This document shows positions 39,246 through 52,300 of a stretch of 64,000 bases of DNA, piece by piece; position 1 is the stretch's first letter, and every line of letters starts with the position of its first letter. The notes beneath the pieces were generated by a model. It was given only the letters and a program-made list of their open reading frames with translations. It did not search any database and was not told where the DNA came from. The DNA is from Lama glama. Lineage: Eukaryota. The position numbers and the translations under genes are program-made. The DNA lies in NCBI GenBank assembly GCA_028534125.1, contig CM052832.1, positions 18,354,001 to 18,418,000 of the forward strand, in the 5' to 3' direction.

Positions 39246-42200
39246 AAGACGTTCGGTTGGTTTTACAAATTAGGTCATCGAAGGGTGGAGCAAGGAAGAG
39301 ATGATTAACATTTCAATGTTTTGATTGGTCGGGAAACCTCGCTCTTCTTTGGGCGAGCCGGAACGGAAGGCGGCCTTCAATACGCCGAAAAGCTTTAGTT
39401 TCTCTTTTATCGCGCACTTGTTTTTCCTGCGCGCGTTTGCAAGGTGAAGGTATCCCAATCAGCTAAAAAGGCTGAGCAAAGATCTCCACTCATTTCTTTT
39501 TGGTAACTTGGTAGCTAATACATTAGATAATGGTTCCTTGGGGAGTGTAGAAATAATATATAAAGGAAGATGACTTTTTAGGTCAAGGGAATTTCCCTCT
39601 CAGTTCTTTTGCTCTTTTTATTTTAAAGGATGAATTTTGACCGGACAGATTATAAATCAGGCCATGAAGAAGCTGTGGCCCTAAAAGTCCGGTGATTTGA
39701 AAAATAAAATGATAGACAATTGCAAGTGGAAACTTCTTCCTTTTCTTCTCTTTCTCCATTCAAACATGAACTGCGTGAATCCCTTTTCTGACTAAGTCTG
39801 TGAGACAGCCAGGATAGAGAAAACGAAATATCGATAATCAGTTGCCCCTTGGCCTGCTGTCCTATCTGATGGTCCTGCAATTCCTAACAAGCTCCCTTCC
39901 TTCCTTTGTTAATCCTTTTTCAGCCTTCTCCAGTTTTAGAGACAAGACCATGCGTTTTGTAGAACGTGGGGTTAATTTTAGGGAAGGGCTAATACTTGAT
40001 TTAGGTCATTACAAAGCCTACAGGGGCCTCCCCCTGGGAGGCCTTTAATGAGATTAGTGGTATTTTGAACATGGCTAATCCTCCCTACAGCGACCCCTTT
40101 TTCTTTCTGTCTGTCTTTCTTTCTTTCTTGTTAGAGCAGAATTGTATCTTGAGAGTGGTCTGAAGAGAAAGACTTTTCACATCAGAAAGTTTCTCCTTAA
40201 CTTCCTACTGCAGCTTTTGGACATTTCCACAGTAAGAGTCAAAAGAAAAAAAAAAAAGACACACCTTCCCCTATCTAGGTTAATAAATAAATGCCCACTG
40301 TGGAGATTTATAATAAGATTATAGCCTGAGAGAGACCACCTCAGACTTAGATGAAAAGGGAGACAAGACCCAGGGATGGAGAGAAAAGACCCAGGAGGGC
40401 AGGAAAGCTCTGATGGCATAGGGTTTATATCACTTTTGAAATAATTAAATAATTTTGCTCTTCTGCCCTAAAATGAGAGTTTTTAGCTCCTGACTTTAAC
40501 TACCCTCTCCCAGCACAAACGCCCACATTATAAGGGGAGACTTAGCTAGGAAGAAACATCAAACATTACAGAGGAAAAGCAGAAGGTCTGCGGTCATAGG
40601 CAAAACTGAAATCTCTTACTACTTTTTAATTCATGGAAATAAATAAAAAATAGAGTATGTACAGTATTGTTCCTTTCTTATTCCCTTCTAATTTCTTCTT
40701 TTCTATAATTTTCCCAATGATATTGACTCCAAAATCATGAATGACAGGACAGAAATATTCAAAAGGTGTTCACACATGACATTAAAGTGGGATCCTTCCT
40801 CTCTGGGAAGAGTTCAGGTTTTCCCTGGGTCATGTGGCTTGAGGGAGGATGGGTTATTCTGAGACAGATATGGCTTCTTATTCTTCCTTTTCCCCCACCT
40901 CTCATCCTCAGAGTGAACCTGCCCTCACAAAATCCCATTCATTCAACATGTGATCTGGGCCCCTTCAGCTAAAAACCCTGCAAAGAAGTTTTGGCTAATT
41001 GGACTCATGAAGTAGTCAAACAAATAAAACTGATGTTAACCAAACGTCTTATAAAAATATAAAATGCCCAGAACCAACCTCCATAGACTAATTCAATCTG
41101 AATATCAGAGTTGAGGAATGATAGATGTATATTCATTTCATGGAATATATATATATATAAAACAAAGAATTCTGATACTCGGCCAGGGTTGAGAACTACC
41201 AGCATACTGCAACACTTTTCAGGGTATAGTTGTACTTTAGTTCAAAGAAATCCCAGGGCAGAAATACTTTTGAGCTATAATATAGTTGAGGAATTGCATA
41301 AGTATAGTTCATCCAACTTAGCCTGCCTGGGTCCTGTAACATCACAGTAGTTACCCCCAGGCACTTGGGGACACCACTCCTGGTCTGGGGCAGACAGCGC
41401 CTCTAGTCCCTGACTGATTTATCTCCTTCACATCTAAGTCTTCAAGGCATTTCTCTTTTTCAGCCTCCTAGTCTTTACTTTGGTATGACTCATTTTCTTA
41501 CTCATTTTTCCTGAATTAAACTGTCATTCCTACTGGCATGTTTTTAGTTCTGTAACATATACTATGTCTCTCCCTCGTTTCCTCACTTCCTCTCTTTACT
41601 CTTCTAGGAAAATGTTCTTGCTTCTTCTCTTTAGTGTAAACTCTTTTACTCCAGGTTTTTGTCACTTGCACTCTCTGGGCTTGCTGTCCTTGTGTGGGCT
41701 TTTTCCCATTAACATTCTTAATACATTTTGACCTACCAAAGAAAATGTTCTTTGGATAAGAGAATTTCTAACATTATCCTTTCTTAAACATTTGTTTCCA
41801 AATTTTTATAAACACGCTTGTCATGAAATTCGATTTTCAAAATTCCATTGAATACTTTCTTAATCACACAACACACAAAGCATGAAGAAAAAAATTTTGC
41901 ATTTGTTTTAATGTGAACACTGTGAATCCAAATGTACACAAAGGAAAGATCATTAACTGTTACATCCATATTTAAAACAGATGCTCTCTTGCACACATAG
42001 TCAAGCTCTTTTGGCAGGATCCATGTTGGTTATTGACTGTTTTAAGAAAATGCCATTGTGGTCACTCTGTTTACAGAAAAAAATCCAGGATATTTAATCA
42101 ACTCACAGAGACAGGTTAACTGACAAGACTTACACTAAGTTTATACAAATATTAGTACTATCCTCACTTCCTCACTCTCCCCACCTCACAAAATGTACTG

Positions 42201-43668
42201 AAGATTGCAAAATTCTTTTTTAGAATTTTTGGATCGAAAGCCAGAAATTGCTTTATTTTTTAAATAGGAATACTTTCTACCCAAATCTCGTGCAAAAATG
42301 ATTCACAGGCGCTTCAAGGCTGCCCATCCCATAATACCTCCCTAAATGCTAAAGTGAATTAGCAGAAATGTGCATTTGATAGTTAGAATTTTGTGTGTGA
42401 ACAGGAAAAACAAATTTCCAAATGTTTCAAAATATTTATGAAAAAATTATACGGTAAATTCTGAAATGTTAAAACAGGTATTTTCCACACTTAGGAAACA
42501 TCAGAGGTGTTGTCACTAGGCAGCTTAATGAATACTTAAGAGTATCCCCCAAAGTTGGCAACAATGTCAACCATGTGTTTTCTTGACTCAGAGAGAGGTA
42601 TTATGAGCCAGGCTAGCTGGAAAAAAAACTTGACACATCATTTTCTAGCTGTGTGACCTTCAGCAAGTTAACTAACCTCTCTGTGCCTTGGTTTCCATAT
42701 AGCAAACTAAGGGTAACAGAATAACAAGAGTATCTACCTCACAGGATTCTTCAGATAAATTAAATTAATATTTAGGACATGACCTGGCATCTTGTAAGTA
42801 CTCAATAATTATTAGCTGGAAAAAAATAGTTTTAGAAAATATTCATGACACAGGACATTATGGAGAATGCAAATTCATCTAGCCAAGAAACAGAAGCTAT
42901 AGAAGCATTGCTTAAAACACATCATGTGTATCTTTCATACACATGCGTAAATACCTTAGAGAATTACTCAGAAATGGAATACATGAGATACCAGCATGCA
43001 TGCCAGGCCAAGTAATAAATGCAGGTAGGATGTTAAGGCAACCCAGGCTTTTTAATAAAATTGTCACACAAAATAATTTAATATTGTATTAATATTCCAC
43101 ATGTTAACCATTCATTCAAAAAGGAAGAAGAAAAAATTAATGATCCAGAGTCTATTGAAAAAATCAAAATTACAAACCCCTGTCCACACATCTGAAAATC
43201 TTTAATGGCTAAATTCATGCATTTTTTAAGTTAGTCATTATTAAATTAGAGTGTAGGTTATAAGAGCCTTCCAGCATTTTAGAGAAGGTCTTTTGTTTTT
43301 ATATGTGTTTGTGTACATGAAGAATGCATCAAGTACACAGTAGTCTAAGGCTATATTATAATAATATAACATAACAAGAATTTTTGCCTGTACCTCCCAA
43401 TAGGTTTTTTAACTAACTGCTGCACGTTGCCTGAACAATCGATCACCAGGTTGGTTTGTTTTCCTTCTGTTCTGTTCCCAGTTTCCTGTGATTCCAGCGA
43501 TTCAAACAGCTGGTGAAATTGTTTCTTCCTTGCTTCTTGAAATTTTCTAGGGCTTTCTTCCAAAAGTGATTGCCAGCTCCCCACCCCTCATCCATTTCGT
43601 TCCCTCTCTGGAAAAGCCCGGCCCCCAACTCTCTCTAGTCACATGACCACTGTGACTTTTTTTTACTA

Positions 43669-43686
43669 TAGCCACCAGATGGCGCC
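43669..43686 (+). promoter_or_regulatory. CTCF consensus motif (forward)
   Basis: TAGCCACCAGATGGCGCC, a near-perfect match to the CTCF core CCASYAGRKGGCRS. Confidence 0.7.
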
Positions 43687-44336
43687 CTTCTCCTTTCTAC
43701 TACGCTTTCTAAGTGGTTTTCCCAGGGGCAAAATAAGATAACGGCATTTTAGGTAGGTATCTGATTTTTCAGAGTTGACCTAAGAATTGATGAACAAGGT
43801 CAGAAAAATTGAGCTAAGAAACACTGAAAGAAAATGTAGATTTATAACTACGGTTATAAAAATAATTAACAGGCCACAGCTGCCAACGGTTAATAACTGT
43901 GTTACTGTGAAAAGTAGGGTGTTTTATGAAATTTCAGCCTGTCTGAAATAAAACCAATATAAAACAAACTGTTGCCCAACTAATTGTAACATATCCTTAA
44001 TGAGATAGAAAGCTCATTATGAGCAAGGAAGCCTTTTGGTATTCTGCTCTGAGTATAGAATATTTAAAGAGAAAGACTCTATCAGTGTGCTTCCACCATA
44101 GTTTGGAGGTAAAATGACCCATGTGTTACAACTTAGATGATAACGTCTCGAGAGTGAAGAAAAACAATTAATTCAGCTACCATAGTTTAATGAAAATATT
44201 CCATAAGACAAAACAAAATTAGAAGGAATATAACTGTCCCAAGAAATGATGTAATGATTCAGACGATTAAATAGATACATAAGATGGACAAATACATCAG
44301 GAAAATCATGTGGTAAACAACACAATTAACCATACA

Positions 44337-44360
44337 TTTATTAAAACATACATATTTATT
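44337..44360 (-). other. Candidate HFE polyadenylation signals
   Basis: Two minus-strand AATAAA (44360..44355 and 44342..44337) followed by GU-rich sequence; another at 45457..45452. Which one is used cannot be read from DNA. Confidence 0.35.
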
Positions 44361-46166
44361 AATTATGTATACTTTAATATAGCAATAATACTGAGAGGAA
44401 ATACACAGATTGTTAATAGCATTTAATCACTGGCTATTGCAATGTTTCCATTTAATTCACTTCCAACTTTTTTACAGTAAGCACAAATTATATGTATTTT
44501 TATCCACTTAACTTTCATAACCAGAAAAAAAGAAAAGTTAAAAAAAATAAGTTGTGGTCTCTTTGCCCAAGTTCAATATCTACCAAACATACTTTTGAAT
44601 TGTATTAGGTCTGAGGCACTTGGCCTCCAAGACAGGAAGCCTTGTACACAATTATGCCACCCAATATATGTAGCAGCATGAAGTGAACACAAGTCGCCTG
44701 AACATGATTGGATGAATTTCCCAGAATCTACGAATTCCTGAGTGTCCTGATTAGATTATTATTAGTATTGGAATGAGAACCAGACTCCCAAGGACCCCAG
44801 GAAGGTGCCGGGATACACTTTTGGCCACTTGGTGGCTTCTGTTTTTCCATCCTTAATATGAGAGAGGTTGCTCCAGTTCATGGAGGGAAATGCCACCAGG
44901 GTTCTGACCCCGCCAGAAGCACTGGTTGAAGGAAGACGCTGTGAGGTCCAACAGTCATTAACTGACATCCCCAATCACAGCCCCAGCCTGGGGACCTACG
45001 AGTGATGTCAGACAGTGCTGACTGGCCACAGCAACAGAGGAGTAAGGAGTCACATTCAAGGGTTCTTCCCTCAGGGACTTTGAAAGGAAATGTGGCTGAG
45101 ATCATTGACTACTGTTTTCCCTTCATTTGGGTCAAACTCACTGAGATACAGACAATGAGACAGGAGATGAGCCATTTCCATAGCCAGCTCCTTCCTTCTG
45201 CATTTACTCCGCCACCTGAACCTTCTGACTGAGTTTGAAACCTGTCTCTGTCCCTAGCATAGCTGTGAGATACTCTGTACTTTCTTCATCTTAAAAAAAA
45301 AAAAAAAAAAGAATAATACTACTTACACCAGAGAATTATTGCGAGAATTACATGAGATAATGCATGTAAGTAGGAGCTCAGAATTAAGTCTGACATCAAG
45401 GAAGTGCTTTTGTAAATAAATATCAGCCACTTTATCATGATCATCATCAGCTTTATTATCATTTTCATGATCAGAACAAGGAGAGACCACAGACTGTGCT
45501 ACTTCAAGTCCGGCATACAGGAGAGGCACTGTAAAAGCAGGGATCATTAATCTAAGGAATTTTACAGGCAACTTTGTGCAAATTAGAAAAAGACATCCCT
45601 CCTCAAGGCACTTCCCATCTGTTTTCTAGAAAACTATCATCATATACAGAAATATCCACAATACCTCTCCTGGGAAAGGGGCCTCCTCAGGTTGTGCAGT
45701 GCCCAGCCTGCACAGCTGTACCACGGCCCAGATCTCCCTCGGATGGAAGAGACCACAGGGCTTGGTGGCAGATAATTTCTTGTATGACCGAGAGAGGATT
45801 AAAAGGAAACGTGAGTGGGTTCAGGAAATGCCTGGGTGTGTGTGCCAAATTCTGGTAGAGGTGTTAGAGTGCATGTCCTGAAGACAAGGTTCCAAGCTTT
45901 TCTCAGACATTCAAAGAAATCAGGAGTCCCCCCACATTTAAGAGATGAGATGAGATGAGGGAGCTGTACGGAGTCTGTGATGCAGGAAATAGGGGCAGGT
46001 TCTAGGTGCAGCTTGGGATTCCCGACAGCCGGTTGTGGGGGAGAGTTCACAGCTGGGGCTTGTTAGCACGCGGAAACTCAGACACCTAAATGGGAACATT
46101 TTGAGAGTGAACCAGAAAAGGTTAAGAGCAGAATTCCTGAGACAGTTCCTATTTCTTAGGTCCAAC

Positions 46167-46204
46167 TGTCCTGAAACAAGTCCTGAAACATGTCCTGAAA
46201 CATG
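46167..46204. repeat. 12-bp tandem repeat x3 in the HFE 3' UTR
   Basis: tgtcctgaaaca agtcctgaaaca tgtcctgaaaca tg. Confidence 0.9.
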
Positions 46205-46280
46205 AAGACTGCCACCAGCGCACCCTCTCTTTGAATCTCAAATCATGTCTCCACCCCACTTGGGGTCTGCAAGCTGCACT

Positions 46281-46321
46281 TCATTCACGTTCAGCCAAGA
46301 CGTAGTCCCCCGAGGCTCCTC
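46281..46321 (-). CDS. HFE: HFE coding exon 6 (cytoplasmic tail, stop)
   Basis: Acceptor tctttacag|GAGGAGCC; (R)[12 protein letters not shown] then TGA. Confidence 0.92.
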
Positions 46322-49300
46322 CTGTAAAGATACACCCAGGAAAGAGGCATCACAGACCTAAGACCACCTCCCCATCCCTCCCCCCACCCCCACCTCAACT
46401 CTGACCACTCCTTTCCCAAGGAACTCCTGGATTTCAGGCATCATTCTCTCCCTGGAATTGCTGAATTGCTTTCTAACTGGTCTCCTTGCCTCCCATCTCA
46501 CCTCCTAATACCCACTCTCCAGACCTCAGAGATTGGGTCCCTGCTTGCTTATTTAGGTCCCTGCCTTGACACTCCCTCACCTCAATGTACCATCCCAAAG
46601 GCCTCCAGGGCTCTGCAGGAGCTGGCTTCTGTCTGCCCCTGTTCCCCCCACACCATGGATCTTCCAAGAGGAGAAATGCAGACTGACAAGTATGCGAAGT
46701 CAGGGGTGAGTCTTGATAATCATTTTTCACCACCCAGTGGGCCTCACGCTCTCCCACTTGCGTGGTTGCTGCATATGTGTAGACCTCTCCTCAACCTCAA
46801 TGTCACCTAAAGAAATCCTCCTTCTTCAAGATCCAGAAGCCTGTCTCGATCCCTAGATGAATGTGGCCATCCCTTCCCTTGACACCCCAGAACATTTGCT
46901 TCATGTCAGCCTCAGGACCTTCTTTAACTGCATTTACCTGTGTTACAGATTTCATTCCCTACTAGACTTGGGTTCTGAGAATAGCAGCAGTGACTTAGCC
47001 CCAAAGTACCTGCATTCCTTAAACAGCACTTTGGCAAAAAACAAAACAAAACAAAACAAAACCCAGTCACTCAAAAGATGCTTTTTTTTTTAAATTACAA
47101 GCTTTCATTATAAGAGAAACCATTCATTACTGCTCCCAGGGAGGTGCCAGGGCTCCCAAATAAAAATTTGGTATTTTTTTAGTGGAGGTACTGGGGATCG
47201 TACCTGCAAAGCATGCTAAGTACATGCTAAGCATGCGCTCCACCCCTCAAAGAGAAAGAGAGAAGACCTCTCATGGATGCCAAACCTTCTTGGCACCCCC
47301 GTCCTCACCCCACTTTCTGCGGGAGAATTTGTGGGTTTGGGGGGCAGAGGTCCTCAGAGGCCTCTTCCTTTTTCTTACTCACTCGAAGCCTGCCTTCTCT
47401 TTAAGACTCCGAACGAAATTCCAGTAAAGATGATGACACACATAGCGATCCCACTGATGATTCCAATGACCAGGGTGCCAGACAGAGAGGGCTCTAAAAG
47501 ATCAAAAGCAAGTGACAGCTGGTGACTGCTGTCCCAGCTCAGAGCAGACCCTCCCCTCACTGCAATGTTGACCACTCCCGTCCCACCTATGCCAGGTTTT
47601 CCCCACCTCTGGTTCTCATCCATACCCCAGGAGGCAGTGAGGGGCTGCTCCAGGCCTGGGTGCTCCACCTGGCAGGTGTATCTCTGCTCTTCCCCAGGGA
47701 GCACAGCCAAAGCCACCCAGCCCTGGTAGGTCCCATCCCCGTTGGGCAGCACATTCTCAGGCTCCGCGTCCTTGGCATCCAGTGGCTGCCTGTCCTTCAA
47801 CCACCTCATGGTGATGTGCTGGGGGTAGAAGTTCAGAGCCTGACACCGTAGAGTGGTCACTGCCGAGGTCACGTGATGAGACACTTTCACCAAAGGAGGT
47901 GCTGGACGGGAAGGGGGAAGGATCTGGAGAGGGGATCTTCCTGCCCGTGCCAGGAAGACCAGAACTTTCACTTCCCTTTCTCTATGGGTTGGAGGAAGAA
48001 GAGAAAGCAAGCTGCAGAAGAGACACCATTCTGTGTCCTAAAGATGTTCCAACATTGGGTTCCCATGTGGTGTCATATGGAGAACAGTCAGAGTCATGCT
48101 GGCCTGTTCTGTTCCATATGTAAATACGCACACCTGGGGTCCCCGTCTTCTGTTCTTTGTTAATATATTCAGATGAGTCAGATGAAATTACCCCTTATGA
48201 GGATCAAAAATGATTGAGTACGTATTATTGGTAATTTCACTTGGTTTGACCGAATAATGATTCTTGTAGAAGGGGCCTTGTAAGGTAGCCAGCCTTCAGT
48301 GACTACTGCCCTGTTCTGTGACAGTCACCTTTCACCTTTAACCTGTTCTGTGAAAGTTACCTTTCATTTCCAAAAGATTCTGCTATTCTGATTGGATGCC
48401 TCACTTAGCAGTTCCTTGCTTTGGTATTCATGTGCTAATTGACATCTCTGAATTCCTAAAAGTTATAAGCATACGTAGGATTTTTGATTAAAGCAAAAGA
48501 AAAATCACAATTACTTCTTCTTTAGCTATGTGCGTGGGAAAACAAATTAAAACCATGACTGATGGCTGTGTAATACATCTCGGTTGTTAAGGTGGAGACC
48601 TCAGGTCCACAGACCTCAGGGTGGAAAACTCAGACCTCAGTTCAGTTCCTTCTCAGAGAGTCACCTTGGTCATCTCTGAAAGCCCAGCAGGGGATCCCAT
48701 GCCCTGCACCGTCCCCAGATCTGTCCCGAGAGGGGCAGAAGGGCGCTCCCACCATACCTTGCTGGCCCAGAACCCCTCTCCCCAGCTCCAGCAACCGCCG
48801 CAGCTGCTCGGGGCAGTCCCTCTCCAGGTAGGCCCGGTTCTGCTTGGACCGAATCTTGTTCACTTCCCACTCCAGCTTGGTGGCCCAGGCCTGGGGCTCT
48901 GCCGCTCTCCAATCCAGCGTCTCGGGGCAGAATTCAAGATGGTCCTGCCCGTCATACCCGTACTTCCAGAAACCTCTGGTGCTGTTGTCTGCGTGCACCT
49001 CACAGCCCAGGATCACCTGCAGGGTGTGGGACTCTGGCCACAGCCCCAGCTTTGATACTGAAACCAAGGAGCAGGATCCAGGGATGGAATGACCACAGGG
49101 AGCAAACTCCCTCCCTCTTCCCTGCTCTCCCAGGGTCTCACACACCCAGTTCTCTCCCTCAAGATGCATCCTTGAAATTAACACAACATTGTAAACTGAC
49201 TATACTTCAGTTTTAAAAAGGTAGTTTAAATAGATGAATCCCTGAGGCAGGAAAGTGCTCCAAGCACCCCAGGACGGTGGGTCCCCCTCTGCACGTACCC

Positions 49301-52300
49301 TTGCTGTGATTGTGATTGTCCATGATGGTCCAGAAGTCGACGATGAACATGTGATCCCACCCTTTCAGGCTCTGGCTCAGCTGCAGCCACAGCTGGCTGG
49401 TGGCCCGACCCCAGACCCATGGGGCACGAGGCTCCGCCCGGCGACTCTCATGATTGTAGGACACGAAGAGCTGGTCGTCCACGTAGCCCAAAGCCTCAAA
49501 CAGAGGTAGCCCCAGGTCTGGCTCTGAGGCACCCATGAAGAGGTAGCGCAGGGAGTGTGACCCTGGGGAGAGGGGGACTGGGAGGCAGAGATGCCACACA
49601 CCTTCTGAATCCATCCTGCTGGCTGTGCCTGGTCTCACCTTATGAGAAGTGAGGCACAGCGCTGCCTTCCCTCCCCATGACCGTCCTGTCTGCTCCCTCC
49701 CTTCCTCTGCTATGGGTGGCTGCCACCCTCTTGCAGCCCTCAGCCTCTGCCCCAGACCTCGTGATTTCAGGATTACAGCCGTCTGCCCTGGAGCCAACAG
49801 GCTCTAGAAAATCCCTAGGTGTCTCCAGCTAGGGTAGCTGAGCTCAGGAGTTGGTGTTCAGAGCTAATTAGATCCAACTCCAGGGGAATGTATTGTAGGA
49901 GCTTTTGGGGTTTTTCCCCGCTATTTCCATCTCTAAACCCTTCCCTGTGTACAGGTAGACCTCGTTTTATTGCGCCTCACAGATAATGTGTTTTTTTTTT
50001 TTTAACAGATTGATGGCTTGTGGCAAACCAGAATCTAGCAAGTCTATCAGTACCGTCTTTCAGCAGCATCTGCTCACTTCGCGTCTCTGTCATATTTTGG
50101 CCATTCTCCCAAGATTTCACACTTATTCATTATTATTATATTTCTTACAGTGATCTGTGATTAGTGATCTTTGGTGTTACTATTGTAAAAAGATTATGAC
50201 TCTCTGAAGGCTCAGGTGATGGTTAGCATTTTTTAGCCATAAAGTATTTTTAAATTAAGGTATGTCTGTTGTTTTCTCAGACACAATACTATTGCACACT
50301 TAATAGCCTATGGTATAGTAAACATAACTTTTATATGTACTGGGAAACCAAAAGCGTTGTGTGAATCACTTTATTGTGATATCTGCTTTATTTCAGTGGT
50401 CTGAAATCTAACCTGCAATATCTCTGAGGTCTGCCTATGAATCTTTGCTGTTAAATGCTAGAAGATATGCTGATAAATAAGTCAGGGCAGCTTTTCAGCA
50501 TCAAAACAGTTCCCAATCAAATGTAGAAAAAGCCCCAGAAAGCCCAAAATGACAGACCTCTGGGCCAGTGAGAGTTTCCCTACACCTCCCCTCAGCTGTA
50601 GAATGAGGGACTTCAGTGCTGCATAGGCAACGCCTAAAACAGCATCTGACATGTAGTAGGTGCTTAATACATACTGGCTGAATGAATAAATGCTGACTCC
50701 TAGGTTTTTATTTCTGGCCTTGAACTCTAGACTCGTACATTCAACTAGCTATAGGCTGCCACCAGCTGGATGACTGATTGGAATCTCAAACTTAACAAGA
50801 GCCCTGACCTCCCTACTCTTGATTTTCCCCAAACTGCCCTTCTTTGGCCTTTATCATCTAAGAAATGGCATCACCTATCACCCCATTGCTCAGGCAAATA
50901 AAATAAAACAAATAAGATAAAGTATAATAAAATAAGAGTCACCTCCAACTTTTCTTTTTCTGTCACGTGATCCTTCATAGATCCTTCAGCAACTTCCTTC
51001 AAAATATATCCATAATGCAACCATTTCTCACCACCAGCCCTGCTCCCCTCCCCCAGCCTAGTGCATCATCTCGTACCTGGATTAACGCTACAGTTTCCTT
51101 GTCTGCTGGCTCTGTTCTTATTGCTGCTTCCTTCACCCTGCTTTCCACAGAGCAGCCAAAGCAAGCTTTTCAACAGCTACTCTGATCAGGTCAGCCCCAG
51201 GCTAGAATCCACACTACAGCCTGCGAGGCCCTAGGAGGCTGGCCTGTGGCCCCTCGGCTGAGCCCATCACCAGTTCATGGCCCCCGGCCCCTGGGCTCCT
51301 GCTGCACCAGGGCCCTTGCTCTTTCTTCAATCCAGGGATTCTTAACCGGGGCATTTCATCTCTTTTAGGAGCCATTTTTGTTTGGCCCAACTGGGGAGTG
51401 TACTAACATCCAGTGAGTAAAGGACAGGGACGCTGCTAAACGTCCTACAACGCACATGACGGTCCCTACAACAAAAAAATGTCAAGATTGCTGAGGTTGC
51501 AAATCCTTGCTGGGTCCACCCAGCCTGTCCGGGGAAGCGTCACTCCTACTCAGCATCACCCTTATTTCCTTGGGTCTATGCTCAAACATCAGCCAGAGAG
51601 AGTGGTCTACCCTGACCTCCCTGCTTCCCACATCTTCCAGGCGCCCATTGCTACCTGATGCTCTATATCCTTTTGTTGGTTTCTGTACCATCATTCCGAC
51701 TCAAATGCATAACATCTGAGGACTCAGCTCCCCACTCTCTCTCCTGGGTCTAGAACAGCTCAACACATAGCTCCTTCTATATTTGTGAACAGTGAATATT
51801 TCTGATCATCAAATTTTGGATTCAACCTCCAAAGCAGTGTGACTTTTAAGGATCACAGCTATGAAGTGGAGACACGGGATCTGCCTTGCAGCTCAAAGTA
51901 ACATGGAACAAAGTTACTGGTGAGGCGGTCAGACCTCATCCTTGTCATGTATAAAGTGTGGATACACATCCCACCTACCCTCTAAGTGAAAGCGCCAGAC
52001 AACAGTGAGGCAAACTCACTGTCAGCTGAGATTAGAACCAGTGGTACCTCATTTAACGTCAGAAAACCAGATTGCCCAAATTCTTTCTAACCGGGAGAAA
52101 GGATTTAACCTGAGGTCGTTAACCACTAGTAAAATCAACGTATTAACAGCCCCTACCTCCTAAATGCATGTTAGAATCAAACAAGATCAGAGATATGAAG
52201 GTGATTTAAAACTGAGGTCACTACTTAAGTGTTCATTATCATCACTTTGGCATCTTTCAGTAAAGGCCGGTTAATTATACAGTACTATTAACATTGCAAA

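Noticed and set aside
46167..46204. CRISPR-like or other spacer-containing repeat array
   Set aside because: Contiguous tandem units with no spacers, in mammalian DNA; no such array seen anywhere in the window.
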